The position numbers were made by a program, and so were the translations under genes. From a virus, in IMG/VR virus record IMGVR_UViG_3300048837_000984, positions 1 through 64,000 of that record: 64,000 bases of DNA; one strand, 5' to 3'. Shown here in pieces: positions 1-10,322 of the stretch (position 1 is the first letter of the stretch; each line of letters starts with the position of its first letter). The notes beneath the pieces were generated by a model. The model searched no databases. It worked only from the letters and a program-made list of their open reading frames with translations, and had not been told where the DNA came from.

Positions 1-118
1 GCTGCAGACACATCGATACCGACCGGCAAAAAACTAACCACACCGTTTTCGTAGACGGTCGGGTAGTAGAGGACAGCCCACAGCTTGAACTTGGTAAAGT
101 TCCAGTTGAAAACAGCCA

Positions 119-916
119 TTACGTCCTCGCTTCGTGAAGTCGGTACGCCATGGCCAAGATTACGCCAGACAGGGCAATATGCGACGTCTGCTGTCTGTAC
201 CAGGTGTTCCGGCAAGACAGGTACGGTTCCTGGGTTTCAGAAGCCCGACCAAACAGTGCTGTCGTACTTGCCGGATTCATTACTCGTTCGACGTTCTGGC
301 AGACTTCTGGAATCCCGAGGATGGGATAAGCCAGAACAGTTATGGACCACTTGGATCCGACTCCAGTCTCGAATCTGAACGTCAGCTCGGACCCAGGCAA
401 GCTCAAAACGCTCGACAGGCTTGAAGAAGATGAATATGCGGCAAATGTCTCCGTTGTAGATCCGGTATCCGCACTGTACTGACTGATTTTGACGGTTGTC
501 CCGTCGACAACGTCGACCTGCCACTCAAGCTTTAGCCGACCCGAACCAAAGACCGCGTTGTTGCTGTTTACGTAAATGTTCTTTGCCGTTCCGGCGGTCT
601 GCTTGGTTGTGACCACCGGTAACATGGCGTTAAACAGACTGGACGAAGTCGGGTCGTAAGTTATCCGGTTGTCCAGAGCCGTGACATAATTTTTAAGTGG
701 CGAGGCGTGCAGTATCGCCATGTACTGGTGAAGCCGTATGTTCTTGGCTAGGCGGTCGCTATCTCGCGATATCAGCGCATAGTAGATCGACTGCAGTGAG
801 GCCGGGATGGCCCTGGCACGAAACGACGGTGGCACATATTCCTCGCCGGGAAAGTCCGGACCAGGGTTGTTCGTGCCATCCGTGTTTAGCAACAGTGTTC
901 TAATGTGGTTAATCAT
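119..916 (-). CDS. Putative baseplate/tail structural protein
   Basis: 265-aa ORF at the end of the co-oriented tail operon. Function inferred from context only. Confidence 0.4.
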   Translation of the reverse strand: MINHIRTLLLNTDGTNNPGPDFPGEEYVPPSFRARAIPASLQSIYYALISRDSDRLAKNIRLHQYMAILHASPLKNYVTALDNRITYDPTSSSLFNAMLPVVTTKQTAGTAKNIYVNSNNAVFGSGRLKLEWQVDVVDGTTVKISQYSADTGSTTETFAAYSSSSSLSSVLSLPGSELTFRFETGVGSKWSITVLAYPILGIPEVCQNVERVMNPASTTALFGRASETQEPYLSCRNTWYRQQTSHIALSGVILAMAYRLHEART

Positions 917-919
917 TTA

Positions 920-1405
920 TCACCCAAAGAACACGTCCAGTGTGCTCAAGCTCGGAACAACCTTGAACTCGTAAGAAAACTCGCCGACGATCCGTTCGGT
1001 GTCTGTGATGCCGAGCCGCATACCCGTTAGAAAGCCGGCAAACGGAGTAGCGCCGCCCAGGACGGCGATTACTGGTCTTGGGTAGGACGACGCCCTGCTT
1101 CTGAGGTAGTAGGCCGAAACGTAGTCGATGCCGTGGTAGGCTACATTGCCAGTCTCACACTGATAGGCAAACGAGATCCCGCTAATGGTCAAGCTGCCGA
1201 TCCGCTCACCGAACGAGTAGACGTAGATAAAATCCCGTAGCGTGTGCAGAAACTGCACGCCACTCTGGCTCGTAACCTGGAATCCGGTGATGATGCTCTT
1301 GAAGACTGGGTAGCCGTACCATCCCTCAAGGTACATACCCAGAGGGATGCCGCTGCTGGCTACAGCTACGACTGCGCCCGGTGTTACTGAGAATATGTCT
1401 GCCAC
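920..1405 (-). CDS. Tail-tube-like protein (possible tube initiator/baseplate)
   Basis: 161 aa with a beta-strand pattern (IITGFQVTSQSGVQFLHTL..IYVYSFGERIGSLTISG) resembling the tube gene at 6047-6523; tail context. Confidence 0.45.
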   Translation of the reverse strand: MADIFSVTPGAVVAVASSGIPLGMYLEGWYGYPVFKSIITGFQVTSQSGVQFLHTLRDFIYVYSFGERIGSLTISGISFAYQCETGNVAYHGIDYVSAYYLRSRASSYPRPVIAVLGGATPFAGFLTGMRLGITDTERIVGEFSYEFKVVPSLSTLDVFFG

Positions 1406-1413
1406 AGCGCCTC

Positions 1414-2016
1414 CTAGCTGCCAGGCACACCACCGAGCAAAGTGCCTGTAATTGTTGCAGATCGGTCAGACTCCAGCCGTAGAGTCCCCTCAATTCTAAC
1501 CGGTTGAGGTCTCGGCTGCAGCACGACGTCTTTCTTAGCTCCCTCCTGCGGTGTTACTTGCCGTGTGGGCATAATAGGGCGCCTTTGGAGGACTTCTTGG
1601 GCACGCTGAACCGGTTTAGTGGGCAATGGAACGATTCCAGGGCGATTGTCCTTGTTTTCGTTGGCAGGTAGCGGTTGTGGCGCTGGAACCCGTTGCGCCG
1701 GTTGCCTAATGCGCAATGCCGGTCGGTTCGGTGTTCTTGACAGGAAACGCGCGGCGGGTGGCTGCTCTGGCTTTCTCGGAGCCCCGGCCGGTTGCTTTGG
1801 CAAGACCGGCAGCCGCTGTACGGCTCTCACGACAGATTCTGGCAAACGACCGTCTTTCGGTACCTCCACGTTTTTGGGCTTCACCGGCAACTTAACGTTG
1901 GGTGGTAGCTCCTTGATCTGCGGAAGCCTGACTGGCGGCAGCTCCAGCTCGGTAGACTCAGGCATGGCAACGATCGGTCGCATCGACTTTAGAAGGGGCA
2001 GTTCATTTAGCTGCAT
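1414..2016 (-). CDS. Pro/Arg-rich tail-region protein
   Basis: ATG at 2016 with AGGAG 8 nt upstream. Low-complexity Pro-rich sequence, in operon. Confidence 0.5.
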   Translation of the reverse strand: MQLNELPLLKSMRPIVAMPESTELELPPVRLPQIKELPPNVKLPVKPKNVEVPKDGRLPESVVRAVQRLPVLPKQPAGAPRKPEQPPAARFLSRTPNRPALRIRQPAQRVPAPQPLPANENKDNRPGIVPLPTKPVQRAQEVLQRRPIMPTRQVTPQEGAKKDVVLQPRPQPVRIEGTLRLESDRSATITGTLLGGVPGS

Positions 2017-2425
2017 CGTTGCGACTCCTGACCATGCCTTGGAGATACTCAACCGTATTCTGGATCTTCTTGACTACCTCCGGGTCAGTTGGGTTGCCCC
2101 AGCGAGACTCCCAAAGAGCCCGAAGACGGTTAACACTGTGCTCTCTAGACTGACCGTAGGTCTCCGGCCGCAACCATGGGAATAACCAGCCAGTAACCAA
2201 GTCCTGCTGGGTCATGGCCGCTTCCCAGCTGTCTCCAGCCTTGTCAGTCATCTCTGAGTTAGCGAGCATAGCACAGCTGAGCTCATGACGCATCTGACTG
2301 AGCTTCAACAGGTTCTGCTCTTCCAGATAGTCAATGGCCCAGCTAGCTTTAAGTTGCCAGTTGCGATCAGAGAGATCAGCCTTACTGCAATCAATAAGGC
2401 CGGAAAAGTGGGCCTGTCGGATCAA
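2003..2425 (-). CDS. Tail assembly chaperone, downstream (T-like) segment
   Basis: Lies in the -1 frame of the upstream ORF and is open from the slippery heptamer at 2446-2452. Confidence 0.55.
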   Translation of the reverse strand: MIRQAHFSGLIDCSKADLSDRNWQLKASWAIDYLEEQNLLKLSQMRHELSCAMLANSEMTDKAGDSWEAAMTQQDLVTGWLFPWLRPETYGQSREHSVNRLRALWESRWGNPTDPEVVKKIQNTVEYLQGMVRSRNDAAK

Positions 2426-3330
2426 AGACAGCTCTCGATCGCTTCTAAAAAATCCGGGTTCTTTACCGCTTCCTCCAGGTAGTCGACCGTCTCCTCGAAC
2501 TGGCGGTAGCTATCTCGGACCAACCGAAACAGCGTCTCGCTCGAAAGCATCGTTTCCTGGGTATAAAGCTGGTGAAGCCTGGCTACGTCCGTTCCAGATA
2601 CCTTCTGAAGGAACGCCTCTGTTCCCGCGGCAAAGTTGACTTCCTCGCCGTTTCGGATGATTGTCTTCAGCCCCAGCGTCATGCGGTAGTTGAGCAGAGT
2701 CCAGGCCGCGCTGATATCGCTGTCGATACGACCTTCTCTCCGGTCCGCAAACACCTGGTTCTCGCAGCAACTGACCATCGGCATAGTCAGACTGCGGAAG
2801 GTCACCGTCAGTTTGTCCCCGAGAAGCTTGTAAGTCTTCTCGAAAGGCTGCTCACCGAGAAGACACTGAACGTAGCGAAGACCGTCGTCGAGAAGCTCTT
2901 GACCAACCTCGTTGACAGATTCTTCGTCGAGCTCTTCTTTGCTTTCTTCACGGCTGTCTGTGACCTGGATGTTACCGGGCGCCTGGCTAAGGTCGTTGGA
3001 CCACTTGAGGAACTCGGCCAGCTCCTTCTGCTTCTCTTCCGGCAAGTCTTCCATCGCCGCGATCGGCGGAGGCGTCAGCGGGGGCAGGTCGGCTGGGCCT
3101 GGAATAGCTTCCTGCATCTCCTTGGCGATTTCCCGTTGAGCGTTCTCAATATTCAGCCGAAGCGACTCGGGGATGTCGCCGCCATCCTGGAGACCGATTG
3201 CCTCCGATGCTCGCCTCTCGCGATCGGTAAGAATCAGCTGACCGGCCCGCCACGGTACTTGCTGACCGCCGACCTTGCGGACCGGCAGCTCGTTGTTCTG
3301 TGCCTTTTTCTTCTTCTGACTCATTCTCAA
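2422..3330 (-). CDS. Tail assembly chaperone (G-like)
   Basis: Acidic 302-aa ORF in the tail operon ending ...CCG GAT TTT TTA GAA... just before its stop. Confidence 0.55.
   Translation of the reverse strand: MRMSQKKKKAQNNELPVRKVGGQQVPWRAGQLILTDRERRASEAIGLQDGGDIPESLRLNIENAQREIAKEMQEAIPGPADLPPLTPPPIAAMEDLPEEKQKELAEFLKWSNDLSQAPGNIQVTDSREESKEELDEESVNEVGQELLDDGLRYVQCLLGEQPFEKTYKLLGDKLTVTFRSLTMPMVSCCENQVFADRREGRIDSDISAAWTLLNYRMTLGLKTIIRNGEEVNFAAGTEAFLQKVSGTDVARLHQLYTQETMLSSETLFRLVRDSYRQFEETVDYLEEAVKNPDFLEAIESCL
2446..2452 (-). promoter_or_regulatory. Putative -1 programmed ribosomal frameshift site (U UUU UUA)
   Basis: X XXY YYZ heptamer in the correct phase. The -1 frame reads F-R-S-D-R-E-L-S-L-I-R-Q into the 2003-2425 ORF without a stop. 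Confidence 0.65.
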
Positions 3331-6035
3331 ACTCCAGATTCGAACAGCATTGGGTATTCTTCAGCCAGAATGGCTGGCGTTGCTGCCGGTATTTCGGCTG
3401 CCTCGTAGAGGTTAGCAGATGCCGCGTTACCTCGGAAAGCCTTTTCGTTGGTTGACAGATCAATAAGCTGCAGGTCTTGCTGGCGGTAGGCGTTGGTACT
3501 GCCATAACCAGTCCACGCTTCCCGACCAGGAAACGGAAAGGTCTCGTCATCTGGTGCCGTTTTCTGGACCTGTTCGCTGCTGATTTCAACCCAGGGGTAC
3601 ATAACCAACGTCTGGGCGCTCAGGCGCGCCATCTGATGCCACCGGCTTTCGTACAGCACCAGACCGGAAGTCTTGTACTGAGAAGTTTTCCGGAAGCTAA
3701 ACTCCACCATACGGATGTCAGCCGTACCTTCAATAAGGTCTCGCCCTTCCTGCTTCGCATCGTCAGCGTAGGTTTGCAGCTCGGTCAGGCGGGTAGCGAT
3801 GGCGGTCGCCTCAGCGGTAATGGCTGTATCATCCGACAGAACGTAGATCGTTTCTTCGGGACTGGCCACGACGCCTGCCGTTTGAAGGTCGCCAGAGGCC
3901 ATCAAACAGCCGTTGATAGCTACACGACCGTTGACATCCAGGGGCGTGTTGATGCTGGCTCTGTCAAACCAGTACTCGTTCGCCACATACTCTTCAGCCT
4001 GGTAGAACACGTCAATGGCGGACCCACCAATGTGTCGGTGGACTGTCTTTCCGTATTCAATCAGGTTCCCTTGCCCGGCATCGATAACTACCGGACCACC
4101 AGAGAACTCTCCATAAGCCGAGTCTGGCGCTGTCTCTACCCCGTGCATCTCGCCAGCATACTTTTGCATGTTGGTAGTCACGAGGACGTGCTTACCGGCT
4201 GCCACGATCGGGCTGGCCTTGGCCTTGAGGACCACACCAGTCAAGACCGCGTCTTCGCCGATCTTGCTGGTAAAGTCAAAGCTGGTGTAATCTGCCCGAC
4301 TTTCAATCAAGGTGCCGCCACAACCGCCGAGGCCTGAACAAACCATGACGTTGTAGTTAGCTGCGACACGGACATCGTTCTGGCTGGCCGTGATGTCCAC
4401 AGAGTTCATAGACTTGATGATCGTATCGTAGCCAGCCCACACATTCAGGTTCTTGCCTGGCATTAGCCACAGGTCGCCGGGCAGGCTAAGAAAGGCCGAC
4501 CCCTGTGAAGTCACCAGACTGAAGCCATAACCATCTGCCAGGACGATACTTCCGTCGTCGGCAAAATGGAGGAACGATTCGCTGGCGTAGTAGTTAGAAG
4601 CACCGTACCGATGGTCAACAGTCATTGCAGTCACAGGAGGCAGGGCCAGGTACTGATTGCTAGTCAGACTGGTGAAGTCTGGTAGCATGTTGGCAGCCTC
4701 AGTGTAGGCCTCAGTCGCTGTCTCTTCCGGCGTGTACCAGTCGTACCGGTGGTAGTGGAATGGGTGAAGACCCTCCCAGTTGTACTGGTAAGAGAGTTGG
4801 TCAAACACAGCTGCGGCGCGGATCAAACCGCCATGGGCTGCCGTCGAGCCCGTCTCGAGTGCAATGTCACCAGTGATAACATGCGCACGGCCAGAACCAG
4901 TGGTCGAGTTGAACTTGTAGTTGTTCGGGTTGTCGCCGTTTGGATCCTCTGGGCGTCGAATCTGCTTCGGCCCGGCGATGAGGCTGGTCTTACCAATGGT
5001 CACGCCTTTCATGGACCGAAGCGTGTACCGACCACTTTGAGCCAGATGCCGCTCGAAAACGAACGACAGCGGAGTGTTGCTCGTATACCGGTAAGGGCCG
5101 ACTATGTCTGGCGGCAGCGCCAAAAACTCACTCTCCGCTTGTCCCAGGTAACCGTGGAACTTCATCAGACGGTGAAAGGCCTGCTGATCGTCTACATACG
5201 GCTCGTAGCGGCTGTAGTAAGCCTCGTCAACCTGGGCTTCGGTCGCTGTGTACTCCCGATAACCGTACGAACCGGGAGATACTTTGCCCTTAGCCTCCCA
5301 GGTGTACGGAGACCAGCCTTCCCAACTGCTGAACTCACTCTGGTCATCCAGATCCTCGCGGTCGTTTCCAGCCGTCTGAACCTGCAGGTTGTAGCCAGCC
5401 AGACGGGTCAACTGGTCGTGGTAGAACAGGAACAGGCCTGTGGCTTCATCCACACGCATGTATGCCATGAACGGATCCAGGAAGAATCCCAGACCAGTTT
5501 CTGTCATAGCTCCCCACTCAGCCCCAACGCTATCCAGTGGACGGGTGGCTGAGTAGTCTCCGATGTTACCGTTGTGAGCCAGCTGAAACGCAAACGAGTT
5601 TACGCCGTCAATCTTTAACCCGACGTGACTGCCCTGTGCAATCATGTCAGCCATACCGCGACGGGCGTCGGACGATGGGTCCGGAAACGCTCCGATGATG
5701 AAGCCTTCGGCTGCAGTTGGGTGGTAGATGACGTAGACACCGGTTCCGGGTGAGTACGTGTTTAGCTGTTTGGGGCCGTATGGCAGCAACGACGTTTGTG
5801 CCATATCACGGCAGACAATGGTCGTGTTACGTCGCTCTATCTGAACTTTGTAGGTGCGAGCGTAAGGAATGCCTTCGATGACACGCCCGTAATAGATCTG
5901 AGCGCCTTTACTGAGATCAAAGCGAACAGAACTGGCCGAAGTCAGAGGGTTTGCTGCTGGACCGAATCCAGCAGTACCTCTAGGACTCGCAGCCAGTTGC
6001 CGGAGTTCTAGCTGTAACGCGCGTCGGTCCAGCAC
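3327..6035 (-). CDS. Baseplate central spike/hub protein (gp5/VgrG-like)
   Basis: 902 aa. N-terminal OB-fold-like segment (YYGRVIEGIP..YKVQIE..GTGVYVIY) and later beta-repeat-like stretches; adjacent to tube and sheath. Confidence 0.5.
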   Translation of the reverse strand: MLDRRALQLELRQLAASPRGTAGFGPAANPLTSASSVRFDLSKGAQIYYGRVIEGIPYARTYKVQIERRNTTIVCRDMAQTSLLPYGPKQLNTYSPGTGVYVIYHPTAAEGFIIGAFPDPSSDARRGMADMIAQGSHVGLKIDGVNSFAFQLAHNGNIGDYSATRPLDSVGAEWGAMTETGLGFFLDPFMAYMRVDEATGLFLFYHDQLTRLAGYNLQVQTAGNDREDLDDQSEFSSWEGWSPYTWEAKGKVSPGSYGYREYTATEAQVDEAYYSRYEPYVDDQQAFHRLMKFHGYLGQAESEFLALPPDIVGPYRYTSNTPLSFVFERHLAQSGRYTLRSMKGVTIGKTSLIAGPKQIRRPEDPNGDNPNNYKFNSTTGSGRAHVITGDIALETGSTAAHGGLIRAAAVFDQLSYQYNWEGLHPFHYHRYDWYTPEETATEAYTEAANMLPDFTSLTSNQYLALPPVTAMTVDHRYGASNYYASESFLHFADDGSIVLADGYGFSLVTSQGSAFLSLPGDLWLMPGKNLNVWAGYDTIIKSMNSVDITASQNDVRVAANYNVMVCSGLGGCGGTLIESRADYTSFDFTSKIGEDAVLTGVVLKAKASPIVAAGKHVLVTTNMQKYAGEMHGVETAPDSAYGEFSGGPVVIDAGQGNLIEYGKTVHRHIGGSAIDVFYQAEEYVANEYWFDRASINTPLDVNGRVAINGCLMASGDLQTAGVVASPEETIYVLSDDTAITAEATAIATRLTELQTYADDAKQEGRDLIEGTADIRMVEFSFRKTSQYKTSGLVLYESRWHQMARLSAQTLVMYPWVEISSEQVQKTAPDDETFPFPGREAWTGYGSTNAYRQQDLQLIDLSTNEKAFRGNAASANLYEAAEIPAATPAILAEEYPMLFESGV

Positions 6036-6046
6036 TGGATTCTCCG

Positions 6047-6523
6047 TTAGACGATCAAGGCGACGTACAGTAGGCTCAACTGTTCACTGATCATCATTTC
6101 CTGTGGCGACTGAACAGAAATCGTGATCGACGGAATGACCACGCCGATCAAAGCAAAGGCCAAGCCCGCGCCGACATCACCTGGGTTGTTACAGCCAGAG
6201 ACGACCTGGAACAGTAACGTGTTCTGGTTGGCTCGACAGATATTGCCGTAGGCCGCATAGAAGGCCGGTAGGACCGGGCGAGGTCCCAAGATTCGGGCAA
6301 TCTGCCCTTCACCCTTGGCACGCCCAGCAACGTAGAAGACCGATCTGGAGCCGATCTCATAAACCAAGCTGATTTGCTGCGTGTACGAGAAGCTGATCTG
6401 TTGTGTCAGCATCCCAACGCCACCTTCGACGCCAGGCCCCAGGGAAAAGGCCACAAAGGCAGCGTCAGCGGCAAAGGATCCGCCGTAGTCAGCCGGGACT
6501 CGACCGAAGATATCGTACGCCAC
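6047..6523 (-). CDS. Tail tube protein
   Basis: 158 aa directly after the sheath; motif QQISFSYTQQISLVYEIGS..VFYVAGR..G.GQIARILG. Confidence 0.7.
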   Translation of the reverse strand: MAYDIFGRVPADYGGSFAADAAFVAFSLGPGVEGGVGMLTQQISFSYTQQISLVYEIGSRSVFYVAGRAKGEGQIARILGPRPVLPAFYAAYGNICRANQNTLLFQVVSGCNNPGDVGAGLAFALIGVVIPSITISVQSPQEMMISEQLSLLYVALIV

Positions 6524-6548
6524 CGTGGCCTCCTTGCCTTGCGGGGTC

Positions 6549-9500
6549 TTACAGAACCAACGTCACCGTTGCGTCGTTCGCCGGGTATGGCCGGGTAGAA
6601 GTCAGCTGAATCACGATTCTATCAGGAATCGTGCTGTGCCGCCGGATTGCGGTTAGGGTCGTGTCCTCGACCATAGACCCGATTCTGGAGATTCTGGTAC
6701 TGTTCTTGGCCAGCTCTTGGGCTGACTGCAACGCACCGCGGATCAGGATCAGCGACTCGTTCGAAGTGTTGGCCTTACCGAAGTAGCTGGCCACACGACT
6801 GTACATCAGGTGCCGGAGAGCGTCATCGTTGCGGACGACCATTTCCTCCCGGGAGTCCACGTCGGTTGTGTCGGTCGTCCGGGCATCGCGAGCGTAGACG
6901 AAGCCTTCGCTGTCGATCGTGACGACAAAACAACCCGCGTCAGCCAAGGTAGTGAGCTGAGCGTTGTTGAAGAAGCTCGTCGACCGGCTGACGCCGTCAA
7001 AACCGCGCAACTGGACGTTTCTCAAGCCCTGGTGCGGTGCGATACCGGAAGTCATGCCTGCAAAGGCTGCTGCGACAAAGTAACCATCGACAGTCAGGTC
7101 ACCGTCTTCGATCTGGTCCGGCCAGACATAACGAACCCGCTTGTTGCCGACAGCCGTTGCCTGCGCAGCCAGGTTACTGGCAATCTCGCTCTTACGCAGA
7201 TTTCGCCAGATCTCAAATCGCTGCGCGGTCGTTACAGCCGCAACGTGGCCAGAGGAGAGGATCAGACTGTCTTCGTTCGTTACCGACTGCACAGTGAATT
7301 CGCTGTAAGTCGTGGTACCGAAGGCGTCCTGGGTGTAAAGAAAGCGAACGATGTCCCCTGCTGCTACTCCGTTGGTGACGAAGAAAGCGTTTGCCGTAGC
7401 GCAGTTTAGCTGTGTGTATTGCGTCCCGGAGACCAGCGGATTGTCTGCCAGCGTAGCCGTGGCAACAGCGCCGTCAGAAGTCGTTGTGGCGTCCACAATT
7501 ACACTGCTCGTGTCTGCCTGGAAAGCAAACCAAGCAACGCGCCATTCACCCCCGATCTCGTCTTCCGATCTGGCTTCAACGTGTTCGACATAATTATTAA
7601 GTACGGTCGCATTGTTTGTCAAAGGGACGAGACCGTAGATGTTCTTGTAGCCCTTGAGGTTATCCAGGTTATCCTGCCACTCGTCCGTATCATCAGGATC
7701 AGCGATGGCCGTATAGAGAACTGGCTGCTCGTTGGAGTTAAGCGCAGCTTTCCAGACGCCATACGCCAGTGGGTTATCCGGGTCGACAGTTCCCAGGATC
7801 GCCTCTACCTCGGCCTTGACTTCGTCGATGTCCGTCGAGCTAGGCGTGTAAGTGAAAACGTTGTTGGCCTTTGTGTCCAACCAGGCTCGATACGTTGCGT
7901 AAACCTGTCCGGCGATGACAGGAACAGCGAATTCTACACCACCATCAGTCAAGGTGCTGTCGTAAGCATCGATAGCGTCCGCCACAGTGATCGTGTCCGC
8001 TTCAGCGGTCCAGTTCGTCGTGGGCGGATCACTTAGCCGGTTCACCGGAACCGTAATGTCTTTGCGAATACAAAGATTGAGCTCGATATCGGCTGCGTCA
8101 GTAAACGTGGTCGAAAGGTTATGGTTAAGGACCAACGTCTTGTAGTGACCGTACTTGGACGAAGTCACGCCGACATAGTAGATGTCGCCCTTGCGCAACC
8201 CTGGGTTGGATCCGTTGTTGGAGAAAGACAACGTGACACCGTTTACGCCGACCGCGATGGCAGTTGTGTGTCCGGTCACATTCGTTGGACCGCTAGTATC
8301 TCCACCATCGCTTCGAGTGACAGTAATCTGAGGCTTTTCCGAATCAGCGTAGTAACCGCCACGGGTTACGGTAATCACGTAGTCGAAAGTTTCGTCGATT
8401 TCTTCCCCGACATAGGTACCTGCGGAGGTCCCGGAAGGGGCTACGAATGCTTGCCGTGCCGTAATCTGCCAGGTCTGTCCGACAACGAAATTGTTGCTAG
8501 CACTGGTTGTCCAGGTGACCGTAACGCCTCGCGTTCCGATCGTGGTTGGAGAAGCGAACGCAGCTGGAGTAACCGAAGCAACGTCGTCTCGACCAGAAGC
8601 GCTGGTCACTTTCAGTAAAGCCGTTGTAGCGTCTCCACCCGTAGACGCTTGCGTGCAGACAATGGTGTAGGTTTCAGAGATATCGCCGACAGCGTCGCCA
8701 CGGTAGCTTGCGCACAGTGCGGTTGCTGCAACGTTGTTTTCCGTTCCGTCCGTCTGGGAGATGGAGGTCGGAACCGCAGCAGTTCCCGTCGTCGTGGCAG
8801 CCGTCAGGTCGTGCGTCGTGGTAGTGATACCAGAGGCGTAGAGCGTCTCAGTTCCGGCAGCTTCACCAGCCTGCGTCAGGTAAATCTTGATCGACGTGGC
8901 CCCAGTCGGCAATGCCGGCAAAGTAACTCGGGGGATCTCGCCAGCACCAACGGTAAAGGTCACCGGGGAGGCGCCAGTGTGACCCGCGGATCCCCACGTT
9001 TCGCCGAACGGACCAACAAACGTGTACTGAATGAAGTACACACCTGCCTGCAAGCTGCCGCCTGAACCGCCACCGCCCGTGGGGTCGACAGTGGGAGCGG
9101 TTCCAAGCTGGTTGTTCGGCTGGCTGACACTGTTCGCGGCGTCCGATGAGGCAGACCCAATCGATGCCGCAACGACAGATGGAATCAGTTCTACCACACT
9201 GGTGTCGAATACCGTGCCGCCGACGCGAAGCCGAACGACGTCACCAGGTGCAACATCTCGGTCGTACAGTGAAGCGAGTCTCGGGTACGTCGCGGTGTTG
9301 GTCAAGAACCCGCGGGAGGCGGAAGTAATGATCCTGTTTTTGAACCCAGCAACGGCGGTAACCGTACCGTCACCAGAGCCGATTTCGTCTTGGTAATACC
9401 GAAGTAGCGCATCTTCGATCGTCAACGATACGTAGCTCAGGTCGACAATTGACCCAGCAGACCGATTCGGCCAGTTGTAAACGGTCTCAGACGCAGCGTC

Positions 9501-9662
9501 GTAATCGCCGAGAAGACAAAGAGACTTCTCGGTACTGTCGGAGTAGCGCCGCAATTCAGCGTGACCACCTGCTATGTGCGGACGCAGCGGAGCAACGATC
9601 TCGGCAGGAACGATGTCGTTGAACTCTTGGAAGACGGTTTCTTGATCCAGTACGTTGCTCAT
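6549..9662 (-). CDS. Tail sheath protein with inserted accessory domains
   Basis: 1037 aa. C-terminal sheath-like core (LVPLT..V..HV...S; AAAFAGM.SG..PHQGL.N..L.GF; VVRN.D) followed by the tube gene. Confidence 0.75.
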   Translation of the reverse strand: MSNVLDQETVFQEFNDIVPAEIVAPLRPHIAGGHAELRRYSDSTEKSLCLLGDYDAASETVYNWPNRSAGSIVDLSYVSLTIEDALLRYYQDEIGSGDGTVTAVAGFKNRIITSASRGFLTNTATYPRLASLYDRDVAPGDVVRLRVGGTVFDTSVVELIPSVVAASIGSASSDAANSVSQPNNQLGTAPTVDPTGGGGSGGSLQAGVYFIQYTFVGPFGETWGSAGHTGASPVTFTVGAGEIPRVTLPALPTGATSIKIYLTQAGEAAGTETLYASGITTTTHDLTAATTTGTAAVPTSISQTDGTENNVAATALCASYRGDAVGDISETYTIVCTQASTGGDATTALLKVTSASGRDDVASVTPAAFASPTTIGTRGVTVTWTTSASNNFVVGQTWQITARQAFVAPSGTSAGTYVGEEIDETFDYVITVTRGGYYADSEKPQITVTRSDGGDTSGPTNVTGHTTAIAVGVNGVTLSFSNNGSNPGLRKGDIYYVGVTSSKYGHYKTLVLNHNLSTTFTDAADIELNLCIRKDITVPVNRLSDPPTTNWTAEADTITVADAIDAYDSTLTDGGVEFAVPVIAGQVYATYRAWLDTKANNVFTYTPSSTDIDEVKAEVEAILGTVDPDNPLAYGVWKAALNSNEQPVLYTAIADPDDTDEWQDNLDNLKGYKNIYGLVPLTNNATVLNNYVEHVEARSEDEIGGEWRVAWFAFQADTSSVIVDATTTSDGAVATATLADNPLVSGTQYTQLNCATANAFFVTNGVAAGDIVRFLYTQDAFGTTTYSEFTVQSVTNEDSLILSSGHVAAVTTAQRFEIWRNLRKSEIASNLAAQATAVGNKRVRYVWPDQIEDGDLTVDGYFVAAAFAGMTSGIAPHQGLRNVQLRGFDGVSRSTSFFNNAQLTTLADAGCFVVTIDSEGFVYARDARTTDTTDVDSREEMVVRNDDALRHLMYSRVASYFGKANTSNESLILIRGALQSAQELAKNSTRISRIGSMVEDTTLTAIRRHSTIPDRIVIQLTSTRPYPANDATVTLVL

Positions 9663-9679
9663 TTCAGTCTCCGGCGTCC

Positions 9680-10312
9680 TTAAGGCTGGAACATAGCCAG
9701 ATCAATCTTTTTGAGTTTGGGGAGTTCCTGCTTGACTCTCCAGGTCTCATTATAAACGTAAGCGACCGAAACTGCCGCCACATAGTTCTGGTGGGCCTCC
9801 TCAAGGAGGCTCAGCTCGCTTACTTCCAGAACCTCAAACCTGGTGAGGTTCAATGTCGACCGAATGGCTTCGCTAAACTGATTAAGTTCTCGAAACAGCT
9901 CGCAGGCCAGTAACTCGGTTTCAGCGCCGTCGTTGGTAATGCACAGCAACGTATGGCTGCCTTGCCACATATTCTCGAAACGCGAGTAACCGTCACCCGG
10001 CGTAGTTCCCTGCAACCGGTCGTCCATACCAGCTCGGACCTTTTTCCAGCCGTTGCGTTTGATTATGATCGCCGGGCGATTCTCTGTATGTTGTGGCTTC
10101 CAGCTGGTAATACTCTCGATAACGATTCCCGTCGTCTTGTCAGCCTTCCAGAGCATTCTCTGTACCGGACCGTCTGTGTCCTGGTCTTCGAGATTAGCTG
10201 CGGTGGCAAAATGACCTGTTAGCCAATTGCGTAGCCAACCAGTAACTACAAGCGGACGAGGTCCAAGCTCGCAGACGTCCCGTACCCAGGCTGTGTCTAG
10301 TCGGACGGCCAC
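9680..10312 (-). CDS. Tail completion/terminator-like protein
   Basis: 210 aa immediately upstream of the sheath; RPAIIIKR motif; position typical of this role. Confidence 0.45.
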   Translation of the reverse strand: MAVRLDTAWVRDVCELGPRPLVVTGWLRNWLTGHFATAANLEDQDTDGPVQRMLWKADKTTGIVIESITSWKPQHTENRPAIIIKRNGWKKVRAGMDDRLQGTTPGDGYSRFENMWQGSHTLLCITNDGAETELLACELFRELNQFSEAIRSTLNLTRFEVLEVSELSLLEEAHQNYVAAVSVAYVYNETWRVKQELPKLKKIDLAMFQP

Positions 10313-10322
10313 CTTAACCTCG

